A stretch of DNA of 64,000 nt from Vicugna vicugna (Eukaryota): positions 806,001-870,000 of the forward strand of contig MU058714.1 in the NCBI GenBank assembly GCA_013265495.1, read 5' to 3'. This document shows positions 13,074 through 23,165 of the stretch, one piece after another. Position 1 is the stretch's first letter. Each line of letters starts with the position of its first letter. A model generated the notes under the pieces. The model saw only the letters and a list, made by a program, of their open reading frames with translations, had not been told where the DNA came from and made no database searches. A program made the position numbers and the translations under genes.

Positions 13074-13879
13074 GTGTTTTTCTCCCCACCTTGGAAGGAC
13101 TAGGAGGAGACGTACGTGTTTGTTTTTCATGGGAAAAAAGTCCAAGCCTCTGGACACTGGTTGGGTCTGTGTCACCAGCTGGTGACAGGTTGGGGGCTGC
13201 TTCAGGGCTTGAGCCCTGTAAGATGGGGGAGTGGGTTTCAGGCCCCAGCCTGGCCGTGCCTGGCTCCCCACAAGAGGTCCCCTGCCCCCTTGGAGGACTC
13301 GCCAAGCCAGCTCACGTGGGCCCGGGCGTGTGGCAAGAATATGGCTGTCAGAGTTACCACGGACCCGCCCATCCACTGGCCGTGTGGGGCAGGGTCTTAA
13401 TCAGAGTGCGGGTTTCCCAGTCTAAAAGGTCCACCCCTGGGCCGACCCTCTGAAGCCTCTGGCCTCCCACTGCCAGAGGCGACGGAGGGGCTCTGGCTTC
13501 CTGGGCCGTGGGTGGGACGCTCCTCTCTCTGGGGGGGCGGCAGCTGGCAGCTGAAGGGAAAGACAGAGCCCGACCTTGCCGAGTGCAGGGAGGCGAGAAG
13601 GCTGAGGGCCACAGGTGGGATGGGGGGCCTGAGCCAGCTGAGCTGGGCACGCAGGCCAGCCTCCCCAGTCCCACGCCGCCCTCGGACACCAGCCATAGGA
13701 CACAGGCCAGGCGCTGGGGCTGGGGGACTACCCGGATCCTGGGGCCGGCCTGACCTCCTCTGCCCTCTCCAAGTGCATGGTGCCACGTGCCTTCAACCCT
13801 TTGGAGAGAGGTCACCTCTACAACAAAATACAAATTCTCCATGGAGAGGCCCTGGCCTTTAACAAACCGCTAAAAGACA

Positions 13880-13885
13880 TTTATT
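13880..13885 (-). terminator. Candidate proximal poly(A) signal AATAAA
   Basis: Minus strand gataaAATAAAtgtcttttagcggtttgtt, about 550 nt after the stop codon. Confidence 0.4.
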
Positions 13886-14097
13886 TTATCAACATAGAGA
13901 GTTGTTGCTCTGGAAGAGATTTGCAAACAAAGACGGATGCATTGCAGAAGAAGTTGCACCAGCCCCAAGGCACGCGGGCAGCCCCCAAAGTTGGCAAATA
14001 CAGATAGCAGACCAGTTGTGAGATTTCCCAAAGCCACAAAGAAGAAACAAGATACCATTTTAAAAGAGAAGGCCTCCCCGAGAGACACACGCTCATA

Positions 14098-14098
<1 letters not shown>

Positions 14099-14136
<38 letters not shown>
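14099..14136 (+). repeat. (AC)19 microsatellite in NPTX1 3' UTR, read as (GU)n in the mRNA
   Basis: Direct reading. Confidence 0.95.
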
Positions 14137-14139
<3 letters not shown>

Positions 14140-14433
14140 CTCTCACCTACGTGTGCATTGTTCACGTGGCAGCCGCTGGCTTTCCCGGTGAACAGGGCGT
14201 GCCTGAGAAACAGTGCGCGCTCCCGGAGGGGGGGGGTGCCTCGGGGACAGGTGGGAGCCAGGCCTGCTTCCCTGCGCGAGGACGAGCCCAGGCTGGGTGC
14301 GCGTGCGCGAGGGCCAGGGCCTGGAGTCATTCCTGGGGGGGAGGGAGAGAAGAGGAGACGACGGATCATCACCGCACAAGCAGGAGGAGGCGGGGGGCCG
14401 GCCCGGGACGGAGGCTCAGTCCGGCCCAGGGCC

Positions 14434-14655
14434 TCAGTTGATCTGGCGACAGGCTTCGAATGTCCACTTGGTGGCTCCGCCGTAGATCTCGATATGGGAC
14501 TCAGCCCAGGCGATGACGTTGCCGGAAAGGGCCTTGGTGCTGCAGGTGGCCAGGTTGTACACCTCCCCCGGGGTCAGCTTGCGGTCCCAGATGTTGAAAT
14601 GGGCCAGCTCGCCCACGAACGCTTGGGTGGCATCAAACCCACCACCCAGAGTGTC
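14434..14655 (-). CDS. NPTX1: NPTX1 coding exon 5 (222 nt to the TGA stop)
   Basis: DTLGGGFDATQAFVGELAHFNIWDRKLTPGEVYNLATCSTKALSGNVIAWAESHIEIYGGATKWTFEACRQIN*. Acceptor ttctctgaag|GAC. Confidence 0.97.
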   Translation of the reverse strand, partial: DTLGGGFDATQAFVGELAHFNIWDRKLTPGEVYNLATCSTKALSGNVIAWAESHIEIYGGATKWTFEACRQIN

Positions 14656-15425
14656 CTTCAGAGAAAAGCAGAGGATGAGGGTGGGGGTCACAGTGGTGGG
14701 GGCCTAGCAGGAGGGCACCCCTGGGGGACAGGCTCTCACGTCCACCCCGGATACCTCTGTCTCCCTGTCTCTGGGTCTTCAGCTACGCTTTGGTCCCCCC
14801 CGGCCACGGGGAGCTCAGGAAAAGCAGAGAGGCTGCTCCCCTCTCCCTGGAGGCAGAGCTCCTGGGGGCGCCCGTGAGGGGCCCAGGGAGGGAGGGGTCA
14901 GCCGGGGCAGTGGACAACCATGGGAGCAGGACCTGGGGGCTCCCCATCCCCCCCGCCTCTCGTCGAGGAACTCAGACGTCATTCTCTGCCAGCAAAGGCC
15001 GCCCAGTGAGAACAGAAGGCCTGGGCTCTCCTGCCTGCCCTTCCCTCCTGGGTGCCCAGTGGAGACGAGTCACTTCCAGGAAATAGATTATGCATCCCTA
15101 AATGTACGGTTGGCCTTCCGGTGCCGAAGAGAGCATGGCTGCTGCTGTCGGGAAAGCGGTGGAGAGAGGCCAGAGCCCGCTCCTGTGGCCTTTCCTGAGA
15201 GAGCCCGCCCGGGGCAGGGCTTTGCCCAGACTGCTGCGTCCCTTGCTTGCCCGGCTCCTGCTCAGGGGAGACCACTTCTCTCTCCTCCTCCCTACCGCCT
15301 GCTCCCCGCTGCCTCTCTTCGCTCTCTCTCCCAACAGCCCCACTCCCCTTTCTCTGGCTGGTCTCTGCTTCTGGGGCTCCTCCCCCTGCAGCCGGCCCCC
15401 CCTTCCCGGCCCCCATGGCCAGCAC

Positions 15426-15605
15426 CTGCTCCTGGCCCAGCACTAGCACGCCTTGGGGCTTGATGGGGTGATAGGGCGCCAGGTTCTCGCCGTTGCCTCC
15501 CTGGGTGCCGTCCTGGTAGGCTTCCCAGACCCCGTCCCGGGTGGTCCAGGTGATGCAGATGTGGTGCCACTTGCCATCGTTGATTACAAAGGGCAGCTTG
15601 GCCAC
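15426..15605 (-). CDS. NPTX1: NPTX1 coding exon 4 (180 nt; pentraxin signature HxCxTW)
   Basis: VAKLPFVINDGKWHHICITWTTRDGVWEAYQDGTQGGNGENLAPYHPIKPQGVLVLGQEQ. Acceptor ctccccag|GTG, donor CAG|gtgctg. Confidence 0.97.
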
Positions 15606-16771
15606 CTGGGGAGGAGAGCGGCACCCAGGGGCATGATCAGAACTGATAATCGTCCCTGGTTACCAGTCCGGCCGTTACTCACATGCGTTTACAGTCACAT
15701 CAAGCACCGCTGCTGACTTCTCGCAGCACCTGCCCCCCCAGACTTCATCATCTGGCGGCCCCATCTGTGGACGGGTCCCAGCGTCACAAAGGCAACGGGA
15801 TGCGTTGCCGGGGGCTCGCAGGATCGATCTAAATACACAGTCCCCTCGCTCCTACTCGCCCTCCTCCCTCTTGGTGAGCCCAGGACACGCGGCCTCTGAT
15901 GGAGAGGGCCACCCCTGGGGGCTGAGTTCACGGCCGTTTTCTGGGCCTCTGCTCCCTCTTCCAACGCTCCATCTGTAATTACCGGATCCTCTGGGTCTAT
16001 AAGCCGCCCAGCCTTTTTGCAGAGACTCTGAGAGATGCCAGGGGAGCTGGCACCATGCCTCTTAATTCTCAGACCAGCCTCTGACCTGGAATCTCACTCA
16101 CCCTCTAACGTTTCGGGCAGGGAGGCTGCCGCAGCCGACAAAAGAACCCTCACACCATTTTAACTTGGGGAGATGGGGCCCTGGAAAGGCAGAGCTCTTT
16201 CTGGGCAAGACGTCAAGAACAAGGGCTTGGAATCCGATTCCCAGCTCAGGTTTTAGACATTTACTACCAAAGCTGGCATAGAGATGAGGGCGCTTGTGAG
16301 CTGGCAGCTAATTCCACAGCCCGCGGAGGGCCAAGATGGAGACGGCTTCCCTGGAGGGAAAGGGCACCCCAGTCACGGGGTCGCGCAGACCCGGCCCCTC
16401 CCGGGGGTACGGGGCTGAGCAGATAGACCTGGACTCAGGAAGAACCTCTCAGGGAACCTTTTGCACACCCAGGGCACCTGTGGTCCCCCGATACGGAGGA
16501 GCAAAGCCAGCTCCGAGGCCGGCTGGGGAGAGCAGTCAGGTTTGATCTGATGGATGGACTGGCCCCCTGGGTCATCCTCCGTCGCCCCCAACTCAGGAGG
16601 CCTCTGTCTGGAAGGGCTCCAGCTTTATCCTGCTCGTGGAAGGAGGCGAGGGTGCCCCTCCCCATCTCTCCCAGGCCTCTCTTCCCCCCGGGGCCACAGG
16701 AGCATCTGAGGCCGCTTAGCTCAGGCCGCCCACACCCGTCCCGGCAGCCCGGGGCGGGGGTGGGGCTCTAC

Positions 16772-17016
16772 CTTGTCGTTGATGAGGATCTCCATGGGGT
16801 TGTTGCCCCACTCGATGAGGACCAGCTCGTTGGCCTGGCCGGGCACCGCGTAGGAGAAGGGCGTGCCCACCCCTGGTGCCGCGCTGGACTTGAGCCACAT
16901 GCACACCGTGAAGGCGTACATCTCAGGCAGGCTCTTCTTCACCTTGGCGTACATGTAGTTGGTCCGCAGTGGGAATGTGAGCTGGAACTTGTCTCCGGGG
17001 CGGCTGTCCTTCTGAC
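16772..17016 (-). CDS. NPTX1: NPTX1 coding exon 3 (245 nt; start of pentraxin domain)
   Basis: QKDSRPGDKFQLTFPLRTNYMYAKVKKSLPEMYAFTVCMWLKSSAAPGVGTPFSYAVPGQANELVLIEWGNNPMEILINDK. Acceptor ttcccag|GT, donor AAG|gtagag; phase fits exon 2. Confidence 0.97.
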
Positions 17017-19123
17017 CTGGGAAGGACAGGACACAGTCCTGACACCTGCGCCTGGACAAAGCGCCAGTCCCTGAAGTAGGCTTGGCCCCTGCCAGGCTCC
17101 GTGACGCAGACAGAGCAGACCCTCTGCATTCTGTACATGCTAAGAGGGAGGCTTGGAGAGGTCAAACACCTTGCCCCAGGGCATAGGGCCGTGACCAGAG
17201 AGCTGACCCAAGGTCTCTGCACCCTGGGGCTGGCTCCCACATGGCAGCCCCCATGGGGAGGCTGGGATGGGGGTGTGGGGAGCCGCCTGCGCGTAGTGGG
17301 CTGTGAGCATCTGCACTCAGTCTGGGCAGCGGGCGTGGGCAGGGAGTGGGTGGGTGCACACGCTGTAAAGCAACCCTCAAAGGTGTGGCCGCAGAGGAAG
17401 GAGGTCTTCTCCCTGCCAGGAAAGAGGCTAGCTCCCCTCGGAGCAGCCCCTCCGGGAGGGAGTCTGACCTGATTCCAGGATGCTGCCGGTGCTCCTGCAT
17501 CCTCACCCAAGACAACCAGGCCCCGGTGCCTCGAGGCCAGGGCATTCAGCAGCCCCTGCTCACTCATCTGGCCCAGCTGACGTGCCATGAGGACTTGGGT
17601 TGTTTCCAGAAGCCCATGCACCCTACCGGAGGGAGAGCTGTCCCCTCTGAGGCCCTTCCAGCAACTCTGTCTAGCCCCCTGCAGAGGGCAGGACAGCAGG
17701 GAGCCGGGAGGTGGCCCTGGAGCCAGGGTCCCCCAAGGTGACTGCTTTGAGGTTGATGCCATGAACTCTCGTGGCGAACTTCCTGTGTGCTTCCTGAAAC
17801 ATCATGCTCCCAGCCCCACAGCCTCCCTTTCTACATGGCCGCCAGGCAGCCGTGTGCCATGAGGTCTCCAGGGGATGCCTGTCCGCCCTCTCCCCGCCCG
17901 CACGCTCTGTGGCTGTGGCCTTGGGCGTGTGCGACTGACTTCAGGCAAAACAGTCCTGCCCAGCAGTGGGCACGGGTGCCAGGCCCAGAGCCAGGGACAC
18001 ATACCCACCAGCTCCAGCATGGACAGCGGGCGCTGCCAGGGAGCCCAGCACTCAACCGGCACCCCCAGGCCAAGAATTATTTCTAGAAGGCGTCCTGCTG
18101 AGCCAGCAACCCCTCCCCCTTCCTCTAAGCCAGGTGTCAGGGAACAGAGCAGAGCTGGCCCCCTCAGTGCTTCCCCTACAGCTCAGGCTGGCAGCCCCCT
18201 GCCCTTGGAGCAGATCCAACCCCTGGCCTCTTTAGGGGGTGTTTCTCATTTCCCTGGTCTCTCCTCTTTCCCTCCTTCCCTCCTCCCTTCCTCGATCTGT
18301 TTTTCAGTTACATAACGTGCCTTAAGATGGCACTGTTTAAATCCATCCAGCACACTTTGCGGTCGAGAAGGGTCACGTGGCCCTGCTCGGAGCCCGGCAG
18401 TGTCCCCCCCCCCCACCCTTTTACAACCTTGTTTGATTCCTGCAACTTCAAGGCTGAGCCTCCTGAGCTCATCCGTGCGCTCGGGGCGAGATTGGGGCCA
18501 GCTGGTGATGGCGACTCGGGAACCACGGGGCTCGCAAGATGCCCGGGCTTGGGTCACTCAGAAGAGAAAACCGTGGGGGTGTGCTCAGGGCAGGGAAGGG
18601 GACCCGGAAATCCTCAGAGGACGCCAGGGGCACCAAGGGGCTGGGAGGAAACCTGCTCAGGGCCCAGATCTGCTGAGGACAGGGAGGACTCAGACCCAGC
18701 CTGTGCCCTGCTCTCTGCCGGGAATGGGGACTGGCTGGCTAAAGCCAGGCTTTCTTAGCCAGGGAGGACTTGGGCCGGCCACAGCTACAGTGCAAAGTTG
18801 CTGAAGATTAAACAAATCAGACTTGAAAAACCCTTCGAGTTTGTGAGTGTGTCAGGGAGGGGACTGGGGGGGACACCAGGCATTCCCTTCCTCACTCTGC
18901 TTCCCTTCTCTGCTTCCATTATGTCCTGAGCCCAGGGCACCCCAGCCCTGCCAGGAACACCAACTGGAGAACCTGGGGCAGGGATGGGGCTGGAGGGGTG
19001 GAGGAGCTCAGGGCTTTTACAGGATGGAGTTGAGCTATGCAGGAAGCCAAAACCAGAGGCAGGGTCCCTCTGGGCCAGGGAGCCGAGACAGGCAGCCTGC
19101 CACCGACCCCCCATGACTGTTAC

Positions 19124-19331
19124 CTTTCTCGAGCTCGCTGATCCGCTGGTGCAGGGAAGTCAGGGCATTCTCGATCTTGACCCTTTCCTCGGTGTCGTTT
19201 TTGGAGCCCCCCTTGCCCTCCTCCAGAGTGTTCACCCGAGACAGCACCTGCCTCTCCAGGTCATCGATCTTGCTCTGCAGCAGATCCTTGAGGCTGTTGG
19301 TCTGGCTGGAGGAATTGAGCCGGCTGTACTG
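19124..19331 (-). CDS. NPTX1: NPTX1 coding exon 2 (208 nt)
   Basis: QYSRLNSSSQTNSLKDLLQSKIDDLERQVLSRVNTLEEGKGGSKNDTEERVKIENALTSLHQRISELEK(G). Acceptor cgcag|CAG, donor G|gtaaca. Confidence 0.97.
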
Positions 19332-19614
19332 CTGCGAGGGTGCAAGGGCGAGGGGAAACCATATCGTTACGCGCGCAGCAGGGACTGTGCCGGGAGGCCC
19401 GTGGCGCGGTCCCCTCAGGGCGACTGCGGGGGCGGCCTGGCGGGGAGCTCAGGCAAGTGGCGGTCTGCGCGGCCCCGCCAGCCTGGGGAGGCCCCAGCCG
19501 GGCCTCGGCACCCGGCCGAGGCCAGGGTTGGGGGTGTCGGGCCGGATCGGGAATGGAGGTAGGGGAGGGCAGAGGGGCGCGCGAGCCGGAGGGGGAAGAG
19601 CGGCGCGCGCGGAC

Positions 19615-20049
19615 CTCGAGGTTCTCCAGGCGGGTTTTGAGCGACTGCAAAGTTTGCCCGAGTTGGCTGAGCGTCTCGGCGGCCGGCGTCCGAGACAGGT
19701 CGCCCATGGTGTTGGTGTTCTTGCCCGAGCCGGGCTGCTTGCGGCCGCCGCCCGTCCGCGCCTCGCCCGCGCTCGCGTCCAGCGTGCTCTGGCTCTCGCA
19801 GCGGCCCAGCTTGGTGGTCAGCTCGCGGATGGTCTCCTTCTGGCTCAGGATGGTCTCCTTCTGCTGCAGCACGGTCTCGCGGAGCTGCAGCACGTTGCTC
19901 CGGAGCTCCTCCGCGCCGCCGGAGGCCACGGACGCGGCGCACATGTCGGCGTCCACGGGCACCGAGGTGCAGATGAAGCGCGTCGGCCCGAAATCCTGGG
20001 CCCCGCTGCCCAGGAGGCAGAGGGCGAGCAGCGCACAGGTGCGCGCGGC
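19615..20049 (-). CDS. NPTX1: NPTX1 coding exon 1 (signal peptide and coiled-coil N-terminus); 5'-incomplete, no ATG
   Basis: Translates AARTCALLALCLLGSGAQDFGPTRFICTSVPVDADMCAASVASGGAEELRSNVLQLRETVLQQKETILSQKETIRELTTKLGRCESQS...SLKTRLENLE. Donor GAG|GTCCGC at 19614. Confidence 0.95.
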
Positions 20050-20092
20050 GCTGTCCGGCCCCCACTGCCGCCTGCGCTGCGGAGCCCGCGCC

Positions 20093-20300
20093 TTTTATGC
20101 CACCGCGGGAGGGGCCTCGGCGCTGCCGACGTCAGCGGGGGAGGAATCCCGCTTTAATTGTCTGTGGCCGGGCCCGCTGAGCGGCTGGGGTCGCAGGGGC
20201 GCGCCGTGGGGGAGCCTCCTCCTGTCTCGTCGCTCCCAACCCCCGGCGCCGCCGCGGCCTTCCAGCCACCCCCCTCCCACCGGCCCGCCCCCGCCCCAGC
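20093..20300 (-). promoter_or_regulatory. NPTX1 core promoter: TATA-like CATAAAA (20099-20093), CRE-like TGACGTCG (20134-20127), CAATTAAA (20160-20153), GC boxes (about 20285-20297)
   Basis: Motifs read directly from the sequence, immediately upstream of exon 1 within a CpG island. Confidence 0.7.
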
Positions 20301-22984
20301 CAGCGCCGCTTCCCCAAAGGCGCGGGGGGGGGGTGTCGGGGGGTTGGGAAGAGAAGGGTGGGCCGGACCCCGGCCCGGGCCTCGGACTTCTGGATGGGGC
20401 ACCTTCGTAGTGTCCCCAAAGCTCCGATGAGGCTCGGGGCGGGTGGGAGGCCACGGCGGACCCGGGCGACAGAATTCGGCTCAAGCCGCTTGGCTGCACT
20501 GAACACTTGAGGGGTCTGAGCCGGGTCCCCAAGGACTCAAGTCGTCGACACCTCCGGGAGGGGAGCAGAGGGGAGCGGAGCCTCGCGGCGCCGCTAAGTC
20601 CCGAGAAGGGGGCGCGAGGCCGCTCCACGCTTCTCAGCTGTCCATGTGGAGTTGAAAAGATGCTATCCACCCTGGGTCTGGGGGCTTCCCCACCACCTCG
20701 TTCGTGGCTCTCCCGCGCTCCCCCCAACCCCAGCTCCGAGCTTGGGGGACTGGCAACGTCTCCGGGGAATGACATCCCCCACCTCGTGCCGGCGGGGCAG
20801 GCGGGCACTTCTCGGAGGCATGCCTAGCGGATTAAGCCTTTCCTGCCAGCGGATCCGGCTTGATTCCGGGCAGACAGTGCCGCTGGGGCTGGACGCTCCC
20901 TGCAGCCCCGGGGGAGGCTCCGCGCTTGCGAGGGGGCCCCATGGGCGGACCCTTCCGCGCTCCCCGAGCGCCTTCGCATCGCGGAGACTTGAAGGCACGT
21001 CTGTGTGTGTCCGTGTGCGAGTAGGGGTCCGTTCCTGTGTCCATGTCTATGTGTCCGTGTGGGTGTTGGGTTTTCTGGACATCATGCATCCCAGCCCTTC
21101 CCACTTCTCCGCTGATGGGGAGGGGTCCCGGGCCTTGGGAGGGGGGTGTCCCACCTGCGGAGCTCCACACGAGGGCACGTTGCTCGTAGTCACCCCACTC
21201 ACCCACCCACACATTGGCGCCATTTTTCTGGGCAGCAGCACCGCAGATTCCCGTCCAGTTTCCGGCGCCCTGTCCAGGGCTCCTGACCCAGGGCCTGGGC
21301 CCCTGGCCCCCAAATGAGGATCAGAGCTCAAAGCGCTTGGGAAGCCACCGCTCCAAGCTCCCAGTGTGCAGAGGAGGGCACTGAGGCTCCAAGATTCCGT
21401 CCAGCTTGGGGCGAGGTCGAGCCAGGGTTAGCGTCACGGTCCGGGCGGCCCCGCTGACACCCCCGTCCCACACCCCAAGCCCTTCATTCTGCAGCCTCCG
21501 CACGCTGCGATGGCCCAGCTGTTGACAACGTGTGAGTCTTTTCCCGGAGGGACCCACGGGCAGCTCCGGGTTATGGGGCTGGCCTCCTGCCCCGTGGGTG
21601 GAAGATAAAGCCAGCTCTATAGAGATTTTTTTGGGAAGCCCCGTTCTCCTTCCTCTCGTTGGCCTTCTCCCACCCCCTGCCCCCGGGGCTCTCCGCGCCT
21701 GCCTTTGTTCGGCATTTCAGCCTTGAGCCCTCCCGGAGCCTGGGGATGCGAACCTGCGCGGCCCCTACACGTCCTGCGCGTGCTACGGCCTCCGTTTCCC
21801 GGCGCCAGAGGGACCCCGCGGCCCGCACGCGGCTGTCCTGGGCTCGGCGCGCCACAGTCGGGGGCTGTGCGGGGCTCTCCCCCACGGCGATTGCACTCGC
21901 CCACTTCGGAGCGCTGAGACCTGCTGCGGCTCACGGCCCGGCCCCAGGCCGCGGGAGGGGGCTGGCCACTAGCGTCCCACGCGGGTCTGTGACCCGAGAG
22001 CCCCAGGCCAGCACGCACCTCAGGAGGAAGCACCTGTGCGAGGGACGCGAGAGCTTCTGCCCCCACTCCCAGCCCGAGACCGGATGGGGTGACTCCCTGC
22101 CGTTTAGTGGGAGGCCGTTCCCCTCGGGACCCTGGGGGCGAAGCTATCCCGGGCGCAGAGATCGCGTGGGCGCGGGAGAGGAGCCCAGCGGGGCCGGGGC
22201 GGGCTGTGTGGATGGAGCAGGAGCCCTAGGCCGAGCCTCGTGTCCGGAGCCCCAGGAGCAGCGGACGCTTGCCCGGACACAGGGCAGGGACTTGGGCTTT
22301 TACCGCCGGGGGAGACATCGGCGGTTGGCACTGAGGGCCAACTTCCCAACCGCCCCTGCCCACCCCCGCAGGATGGAGTAGACTGAGTCAGAAGGGGAGG
22401 AGGGGCCCTGGGGCAACGTCCTGGGGTGCTGGGGACGCCGGGGGGGAAGTACGGAGCCCCAAGGGGAGGAGACGTCGGACGGTCAAGGGCCCCGGACCCT
22501 TTGGTCCCGCGGGCGACCTCTGCGGAGCGCGGCGTCCGCTAGAAGGCGCTCTGCGGGACACCTGCGCAGACACGCGGGCTCTACTCAGACAGGTGGCGGG
22601 GGAGGGGAGGGCGCTCTACTGCGTCTCTCTGCCTCCTTCAAATCCTTGTAACTGGTCCCGGGACCCAGGGCAGGCGAGATTCGCCCCTGGTCGTGCTTGC
22701 GGCTTCCTCTCCCTCCCTAGAGTTCCGAAGTCTAGACAATCGAATGAAGGGCCGCCTTGCCCAACCCTCAGAGGAGGAACGCCAGGTTGACTAGCTGCGC
22801 GGTGAGACGGAGAGGGGATGCAGGGGCCCCCTCCTGTGTGTACATGCGGTTCCCCGGGTCTGGCTGGAGTCCCATACCCGGTACCCAAACCGCCGCGGGG
22901 CTGGGGGCTGGGAGGGGGGAGTGCCGTGCGCTCTTGCAGTGCGGGTGGGAGGAGATGAGGCAGTATCACATAATTATGTGGTTT

Positions 22985-23165
22985 TCCCACCTCAGGGTAT
23001 CAGTAGATGTAAATAACCTAAGAAGCACAGATAATAGTCAAATGTAACAGAAATAATTAGGAAGTGATGAGTTCTGACTACGTATTACCTTTGTGCTCAA
23101 TATAATTTATATAACTGTAAGTTTGTGTAATTTAAATTTTAATGACGGCTGTGTTTAACAGTCAG
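22985..23165 (-). mobile_element. hAT DNA transposon fragment, MER63-like
   Basis: AT-rich island with aataattaggaagtgatgagtt...ttacctttg...ggctgtgtttaaca, matching my recollection of MER63. Confidence 0.65.

Larger units (their letters stand above)
10500..14433 (-). other. NPTX1: NPTX1 long 3' UTR (about 3.9 kb)
   Basis: Follows the stop codon with no obvious interspersed repeats and an AU-rich distal part (10500-11750). Ends in a U-rich tract, AGTAAA and GU/U-rich downstream sequence. NPTX1 mRNAs are known to have long 3' UTRs. Confidence 0.75.
10500..20070 (-). other. NPTX1: NPTX1 gene span (approximate TSS to approximate distal poly(A) site)
   Basis: Five exons with GT-AG boundaries splice into a neuronal pentraxin-1 protein. 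TATA-like CATAAAA at 20099-20093 and variant poly(A) signal AGTAAA at 10525-10520. Both ends are inferred. Confidence 0.9.
19300..22900. promoter_or_regulatory. CpG island(s) covering NPTX1 intron 1, exon 1, promoter and upstream region
   Basis: Very high GC and dense CG dinucleotides at about 19300-21000 and 21700-22900 (by eye). Confidence 0.8.

Noticed and set aside
12190..13453. 331 aa, 265 aa and 252 aa ORFs in the NPTX1 3' UTR region
   Set aside because: They run through a CA microsatellite (HTHT/VCVC), have low-complexity composition and show no homology. Chance ORFs.
20051..20070. Idea that ggacag at about 20051 is a splice acceptor for an upstream ATG-bearing exon
   Set aside because: There is no polypyrimidine tract, the TATA-like box is only about 45 nt upstream, and I found no upstream M-x-A-G-R exon.
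19177..20410. Long + strand ORFs (356 aa, 326 aa) over NPTX1 exons 1-2
   Set aside because: Antisense shadows of GC-rich coding and CpG-island sequence, with no recognisable domain.
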